Shown: in pieces, positions 36,973-42,290 of the stretch
Layout: each line of letters begins with the position of its first letter
Numbering within the stretch: position 1 is the stretch's first letter
Origin: an uncultured bacterium
Lineage (GTDB): Bacteria > Hydrogenedentota > Hydrogenedentia > Hydrogenedentales > JAEUWI01
NCBI GenBank assembly: GCA_963977445.1
Contig: CAXBPH010000020.1
Span: 1-42,290 of the forward strand
Reading direction: 5' to 3'
Length of the DNA stretch: 42,290 bases
Position numbers and translations under genes: made by a program
Notes under the pieces: generated by a model
What the model was told of the DNA's origin: nothing
Seen by the model: the letters and a program-made list of their open reading frames with translations, nothing else
Databases searched by the model: none

Positions 36973-38223
36973 CTATTTCACACCCATCGCCACTTGCTTC
37001 GTCAGCCAGGCCCGCAGGGTCGTCTCGGCGGCCGCGATATCGCCACCGTCGCCGTCAATGAATGGGAAGTCCTGGGCGCGAATGAGCCGTTTCTGCCATT
37101 CGTCCCGGGTTTTGCCTTCCCCTTCCAGCGGGACAGCGAGGGAAGGCGGCACGGCGACGACGTCCCATTCCTGAAGACCGAAGCTGAGCGAATAGCTCAA
37201 AATCCAGCCAAATTCATGGAGGAAGGCTTCGGGGTTCTCGGACGTAGCGCTCGCAGGCACGGCGATGAACACCAAATCGTATTTCTTATCCCGTATGCCC
37301 TTGGAAGCGATTTCTATTTCGGCGACGGTCTGGCCTTCAACAATCCACGGAACCATGGTAACGGGGGATTCCGGTGCCACCTCGGCGAGGAGCTTGCTGA
37401 TGATGGTGTCGTAGGGCGGCATGGCGATTATGTTGAGGGGTTCTTTCGCCGCGATACGTGCCGCCGTGTGGGTCAACACCGGCTGGAGCGCGGGAACGTC
37501 TGAGAGGTTCGGGGGCATGCCCGTGACGGCTTCAACGATCACCTCGGCGATGTGCTTGTGCCCGGCCATATTGGGGTGAATTTCATCGCTCATCTCCATG
37601 GCCCACTCGAAGCGGTCCCGTTGCCAAAGCGTAACAAAATCGGCATAGCAATCGGCCAGCGGGGTTGCCTCCGCCTCGGCCACTTCACGAACGACAGCGA
37701 CGTATTCCTCCAGCTTCTCCGTGGGTCGCCCTTCTGTCGTAGTGACGCTGTTTGGGGTGCAGAGCAGCACTTCGGCACCAATCTCGCGACACTTGGCAAT
37801 GATGGTCTTGAGGTTGGCCCGATAGTCTTCCAGGGGAACCCGGGTCATGTCATTGAGGCCAAACATGACGGTGACGAGGTCGGGCTTCTTTGCCAGTACA
37901 TCGTTGTCGATGCGGGCCAGGGCGTTCACGGTGGTGTGGCCGCTGATGCCGGCGTTGATGGCTGTGATGTCGGTCTCCGGGTAGGCCTGTTGCAAGCCGA
38001 TTTCCACCATAGCCGTGTAGGCCCGCCGACCACCGGTATGGTAATAGACGCCGGTGACGCTATCGCCAAAACAAACTACGGTAACGGGCTGTTTAGCCTC
38101 GACCTTGGCTGCGAGCTTGGGGAAGGCGGCCTCGGCGTGGGCGAGCGTGTTGAAAGAAAGGAGACAAAGGACGGAAAGGACGAAAGGGACCATTCCACGG
38201 TGAGCTCGCTTGTTTCGTTTCAT
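36973..38223 (-). CDS. secreted SGNH/GDSL hydrolase with C-terminal extension
   Basis: Signal peptide (..AHA-E), FGDSVT, NAGISGHTT, FGLND, DEIHPN..GH. Start at ATG 38223. Confidence 0.9.
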   Translation of the reverse strand: MKRNKRAHRGMVPFVLSVLCLLSFNTLAHAEAAFPKLAAKVEAKQPVTVVCFGDSVTGVYYHTGGRRAYTAMVEIGLQQAYPETDITAINAGISGHTTVNALARIDNDVLAKKPDLVTVMFGLNDMTRVPLEDYRANLKTIIAKCREIGAEVLLCTPNSVTTTEGRPTEKLEEYVAVVREVAEAEATPLADCYADFVTLWQRDRFEWAMEMSDEIHPNMAGHKHIAEVIVEAVTGMPPNLSDVPALQPVLTHTAARIAAKEPLNIIAMPPYDTIISKLLAEVAPESPVTMVPWIVEGQTVAEIEIASKGIRDKKYDLVFIAVPASATSENPEAFLHEFGWILSYSLSFGLQEWDVVAVPPSLAVPLEGEGKTRDEWQKRLIRAQDFPFIDGDGGDIAAAETTLRAWLTKQVAMGVK

Positions 38224-38252
38224 GAAATTAAGATCTTTCTTTCTGCGTGAGG

Positions 38253-38274
38253 GGAGACAGCCTCGGCTGTCTCC
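38253..38274. repeat. GC-rich palindromic hairpin (REP-like)
   Basis: GGAGACAGCC-TC-GGCTGTCTCC, a perfect 10-bp stem in an intergenic gap. Confidence 0.5.
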
Positions 38275-38334
38275 GGATTTGCGATCCTGTGCGGTCAACT
38301 GGCTGGACACCATGGGTCATCCTGTCATCTTCGA

Positions 38335-41172
38335 TTACGATGCCGGGGTAGTCCCTGGATACCACATGGACATGGGGTCGGGGCCGTTGCCCGTTTCTAC
38401 GATGGCGTCCACTTCCAGCGTTTCCGTATTTACCACATGGAGGCCGTCGAGGTTTTCGCAGCCCACGTAAGCAAATTTCTCGTCGGGACTCAGCTCTACG
38501 CCGATGGCCAGAGCACCCACCTTGACCCGTTTGATTTCCTTGCGGTTGGGCACATCGAGAACGATAAGCTCCCCTTCCTGGGTCCAACTGGGTATGTAGG
38601 CGCGCTGTCCGTCTTTGGTAAAGCGGATGCGGACGGGCATGCCGGGGAGGTCGAAGCGCTCTACCACGGTGTGGGTCGCGAGGTCGATGATGGACATAGA
38701 GCCGCCGGATTGATTGGCGACCCAGAGCTGTTTGCCGTCGGGGGTGAAAGCCATGCCCTCGGCCCCTGCTTCGCATTGGATCTGAGTAATGAGATCGCCC
38801 GACTTTCGGTCGATGACGGAGACATTCTCGCTGGTGATGTTCGCCGTGTAGAGGCGCTGGTTGTCGTTGGAGACCAACACCATGTGGCTGATCTTGCCAT
38901 GGGTGGGAATGGCCCGTGTCATCTCGTGGGTGGCGGTATCGACTTCCAGCACCCAGCCGGTCTGGCCTGCGGTGAAGTAGGCGTTTTTGCCGTCCGGGGC
39001 CATGGTGGCACCATGGATGCGCGTGTGCTCCCCGGTGAGAATCTGCTTGATGTGTTTCCGTGCGACAAGGTCCACCACGGAAATGCTATTCCCCGGGGCC
39101 TCGTAGTTGGATAGATACATGAAGCGCTGGTCGGGGGTGATGGTCAATTCGTGGGGGTTGTGGCCCACGGCAATCGTCTGCTCGACTTTCAGGGTGGTCG
39201 GGTCGATATAGCTGACTGTGTCGCTGTGCTTATTCGCCACGATGAGCATGGGCTTGGCGACGCGGGATGCGGGACCGCCCAGTTCCGGAAACAGGGAAAA
39301 CTCCGGCTCCACACCACGCTCACGGCAGGTGAAGAAATTAAACATCATGATGCCGTCGACGCCATCGGCCCAGAGCTTGTTCGCAATCTTACGGTAGGCG
39401 TCCGCCTCTTTCTCTACTTCGATGGAGGCATAGATAGGCAGCGTGTCGGGGAACAGTCCCCGATACTCGGCCACCGGCAGATCAAAATTGTTGTGGAGGT
39501 AGTGGGAGATGGTCACGCTGTCGAGGAGGCCATCTTTCGCCCACTGTACGGGATCCAGGCCAATACCCAGATTCTCTTCGGGCTTGGCCATGACCCGTGC
39601 CGTGAGGTGAATGGGTGCGCCCCGCTTCTCCCCCACTTCATTGGTCATAGCGCGAACCTCCGCCATCCACGCGTTCATGGTGGCGATGTTTTCCTTTTCT
39701 TTCCCAAAGGGGAAGTAGACGGGGAAACGCTGAAAGTCGATATCCAGGCCATCGATGGGATAGCGCTCACATATCTCGCGGAGCTGGGCCAGCTTCCGGG
39801 CACGCACTTCAGGGATGGCAAAATTGAGTCCACCGGGCAACCAGGCCGCTACCACGGGGCTCGTCCGGGGTCCTAGGATGTCGAGGTAATTCTGGGGCAC
39901 TTCGTCCCCCATGGTGGCCACACGCCATTCCGGGTGGTCCAGCCAGAACTCGGAAAGCAGCATGTTGGCGGGCTTTTCGACCCAGTGCACTTCATTCAGT
40001 CGAAAGCTGACGAAGGCTTCCAGTCCTTTTTCCTTTGCCCGGTCAATTATCAGCCCAAGGGGGTCATGGCCTGCCTCGATAAGTCCCCGAAGATTGGCCA
40101 CCGTGCGTTCTTGCGACTTGACCGGGGTATTTTCCCGATCGGCAATACGCTCGGCTTCTTCCGCATTCGGGTGACTGCCATAGAGGGCCGCCGTCTCGCC
40201 CTGAAAGTTAAAGTCCATACCGACATGGGGTGAGACGCTGAAGGTCGTGATCCCCGTGTCCGCCACTTCGTCCACGTAGCTGTAGACATCTTCCGGCGTC
40301 ATGGGATAGCCCTTATAGATGAGCCAGTTGTTACCGTCCGTGTTGTAGATGAAGCGCTTTTCACGCCCCGTATCGACGGCGGCCTGTTTTTCTTCCAACG
40401 GTGTGAGCACAACCTTCCGGACGAAGAGTTCGGCACCTTCGGATTGAATCTGGAGACGCCCCTTCTTTGGCTTGCAGTCCAGCGCGCGGTTGACCACGAC
40501 ATCATTGAGCAAGACCGTAATCTTGCCGCCATCGGCGATCACTTCCAGTCGGTTCCACTCGCCCACGGGCTTCTCAACGTCCTGGGCACCACGGAAGTCC
40601 TTCACGTCGGCCCAATCGGGATCACGGCCCCACCAGTTGATGCGGCCACTGTTCATGGTGAGTGGTTCCCCGTCGGGGCTGAAAACAGGCGAGCTACCCT
40701 GCTTTTCCTCGGCCACGGGTGCGGTTATTTCATAGGTGGGCGACTTGTCCCCCACCACCAGGAGGTCACCGGTGCCGCCTTCGATCATCTGGACTTCGAG
40801 GCAATACATCCAGGTGTTGTTGTAGCCGCCATCTTCCCCGAAGGAATGAATGAGCAGGCCCGAATCCCGCGCGCGGTCTGCCCGGGAACCATGGGTAATT
40901 TCGCCCCACTTGAACTCCATAACCAGGTGGTAGTCGGCATACTCTTCCTTTGACGTGACACAGCCCCACTCCTCGCCCGTAATATGGAGCACACCCTCGT
41001 CCATGGAGAAAATGTTCTTGGGGTCGATGTCCTTGCCCCGTCCGTCAATCCAGGTATACCAGTGGTCAAGGCTCCCGTTCTCCAGGAGGTCAATAGAGGC
41101 CGGTGCGCTCATCGCGGGTAAAGCGCCGAGCATGAGTAGTGCAGAAAAGGTAGCCAGTAGAATTTTTTTCAT
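38335..41172 (-). CDS. secreted multidomain protein: DUF1080 + GH10-like (DUF187-type) TIM barrel + YVTN beta-propeller
   Basis: N-terminal DUF1080 (EFKWG, RDSG, EVQMIEGGTGD, GEWN, LQIQSEGAE). Middle region FIYNTDG, SFRLNEVH, LNFAIPEVR, YPIDGLDIDFQR, GVDGIMMFNF. C-terminal TPDG/SPD propeller repeats. Confidence 0.82.
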   Translation of the reverse strand: MKKILLATFSALLMLGALPAMSAPASIDLLENGSLDHWYTWIDGRGKDIDPKNIFSMDEGVLHITGEEWGCVTSKEEYADYHLVMEFKWGEITHGSRADRARDSGLLIHSFGEDGGYNNTWMYCLEVQMIEGGTGDLLVVGDKSPTYEITAPVAEEKQGSSPVFSPDGEPLTMNSGRINWWGRDPDWADVKDFRGAQDVEKPVGEWNRLEVIADGGKITVLLNDVVVNRALDCKPKKGRLQIQSEGAELFVRKVVLTPLEEKQAAVDTGREKRFIYNTDGNNWLIYKGYPMTPEDVYSYVDEVADTGITTFSVSPHVGMDFNFQGETAALYGSHPNAEEAERIADRENTPVKSQERTVANLRGLIEAGHDPLGLIIDRAKEKGLEAFVSFRLNEVHWVEKPANMLLSEFWLDHPEWRVATMGDEVPQNYLDILGPRTSPVVAAWLPGGLNFAIPEVRARKLAQLREICERYPIDGLDIDFQRFPVYFPFGKEKENIATMNAWMAEVRAMTNEVGEKRGAPIHLTARVMAKPEENLGIGLDPVQWAKDGLLDSVTISHYLHNNFDLPVAEYRGLFPDTLPIYASIEVEKEADAYRKIANKLWADGVDGIMMFNFFTCRERGVEPEFSLFPELGGPASRVAKPMLIVANKHSDTVSYIDPTTLKVEQTIAVGHNPHELTITPDQRFMYLSNYEAPGNSISVVDLVARKHIKQILTGEHTRIHGATMAPDGKNAYFTAGQTGWVLEVDTATHEMTRAIPTHGKISHMVLVSNDNQRLYTANITSENVSVIDRKSGDLITQIQCEAGAEGMAFTPDGKQLWVANQSGGSMSIIDLATHTVVERFDLPGMPVRIRFTKDGQRAYIPSWTQEGELIVLDVPNRKEIKRVKVGALAIGVELSPDEKFAYVGCENLDGLHVVNTETLEVDAIVETGNGPDPMSMWYPGTTPAS

Positions 41173-41223
41173 AGATCTAAATCGCTCTCGTTGAATTGAA
41201 ATTCTGTCCCAAAGACTTCACGA

Positions 41224-42033
41224 CTACTTTTTCGACGCCGCGGCATCCGATGCCGGCAATGGGCTAAGTTTCACGGTGCGTACGAACAACTCGGCCCCTT
41301 CCGCTTGAATCTGTAACCGACCCTTGGTGGGTTTGCAGTCGAGGGCCCCGTTCACAACGACGCCATTCAAAAGCACGGTTATTTTTCCGCCATCGGCGAT
41401 AACTTCCAGTTGATTCCACTCACCCACGGGCTTTTCGACATCCTGGGCTCCACGAAAGTCTTTGGTATCCGTCCATGCGGCATCACGGCCCCACCAGTTG
41501 ATGCGACCACTGTTCATCGTGATGGGCTCACCGTCTGCCTGGAAGACGGGGGAGCTCCCTTGTTTCTCTTTGGCTACGGGAGCTGTGATTTCGTAGGTCG
41601 GCGATTTGTCGCCCACGACGAGCAGGTCACCCGTACCCCCTTCAATCATCTGCACTTCAAGGCAATACATCCACGTGCCGCTATAGCCGCCGTCTTCCCC
41701 GAAGGAATGGATAAGAAAACCGGAATCACGTGCCCGGTCGACCCGGGGTTCATGGGTAATCTCGCCCCACTTGAATTCCACCATCGCGTGGTAATTTTCA
41801 TATTCTTCTTTCGTGGTAACGCAGCCCCATTCTTCTCCGGAAATGTGAAGCACACCCTCGTCCATGGTGAATACGTTTTTGGGGTCAATGTTCTTGCCCC
41901 GCCCTTTGACCCAGGTATACCAGTGATCCAGCGTGCCGTTTTCCAGCAGGTTTATGGGCTCGGAGACAGCGTGGGCCGGTGAAGTGAAACAAAGTGGGGC
42001 CAATAGCATCGATAAGGCGATTAAGGATTTCAT
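41224..42033 (-). CDS. secreted DUF1080 (3-keto-glycoside hydrolase/lyase-like) protein
   Basis: Start at ATG 42033 with signal peptide (..AHA-V). EFKWGE, RDSG, EVQMIEGGTGD, KPVGEWN, LQIQAEGAE. Confidence 0.88.
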   Translation of the reverse strand: MKSLIALSMLLAPLCFTSPAHAVSEPINLLENGTLDHWYTWVKGRGKNIDPKNVFTMDEGVLHISGEEWGCVTTKEEYENYHAMVEFKWGEITHEPRVDRARDSGFLIHSFGEDGGYSGTWMYCLEVQMIEGGTGDLLVVGDKSPTYEITAPVAKEKQGSSPVFQADGEPITMNSGRINWWGRDAAWTDTKDFRGAQDVEKPVGEWNQLEVIADGGKITVLLNGVVVNGALDCKPTKGRLQIQAEGAELFVRTVKLSPLPASDAAASKK

Positions 42034-42094
42034 AATAGCTACCTGTTTGGTTGATTTTTGGGGAAGGTAAAATGCGCGTCCGTGCGCCATCAAA

Positions 42095-42289
42095 TTAAGA
42101 TAAGGGCCCATATTGGGCTTCGGCAAAGGGCAACAGCCCACATGCCCGAAGACAGCCCACCGGAACCAATAAGGTTACCTGAATAACGCCGGGATGTCGA
42201 CCGATCTCGATGGCTCCATTGATGGTCGCCCGGTTCTTCACTTCGGCGACGCTCATGCCCAGCAGGTCGGAAGCACGCTCCAACCCGTT
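42095..42289 (-). CDS. C-terminal fragment, possibly acetamidase/formamidase family (gene starts outside the window)
   Basis: Open frame ...NGLERASDLLGMSVAEVKNRATINGAIEIGRHPGVIQVTLLVP... Family recalled from memory only. Confidence 0.4.
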   Translation of the reverse strand, partial: NGLERASDLLGMSVAEVKNRATINGAIEIGRHPGVIQVTLLVPVGCLRACGLLPFAEAQYGPLS

Positions 42290-42290
42290 G

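Overview
A 42.3 kb GC-rich bacterial chromosomal window. The gene content suggests a PVC-like or Ca. Hydrogenedentota-like organism; this is inference only. Left part (1-15.1 kb): mostly secreted hydrolases (PIG-L deacetylase, GH99-like protein, M48 protease, beta-propeller phosphoesterase, sulfatase, FN3-metallophosphoesterase-HEAT, M14 peptidase), a hypothetical gene behind a sigma28-type promoter, and a frameshifted DUF1016/YhcG nuclease gene. Middle (15.2-23.7 kb): a probable single operon of MaoC hydratase, PHP protein, Ltp4-like and Ltp3-like non-canonical thiolases, two DUF35 OB-fold proteins, EtfB, EtfA and a membrane Fe-S/CCG oxidoreductase, which looks like retro-aldol acyl-CoA catabolism coupled to quinone. 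Next come a 268-bp MITE-like element, rhamnulokinase, and a minus-strand housekeeping block (tRNA-Gln, prs, rplY, pth, orphan ilvN, zinc-ribbon protein, accD, folC). That block contains an unassigned structured ~190-nt RNA candidate with its own sigma70 promoter and terminator. Right part: an uncharacterised GH-like protein, tandem M42 aminopeptidases, an SGNH hydrolase, and duplicated DUF1080 domains, one fused to a TIM barrel and a beta-propeller. Several distinct REP/MITE-like palindromic elements sit in intergenic gaps. No CRISPR array, prophage or intact transposase was seen. All assignments come from motif recognition by eye; no searches were run.
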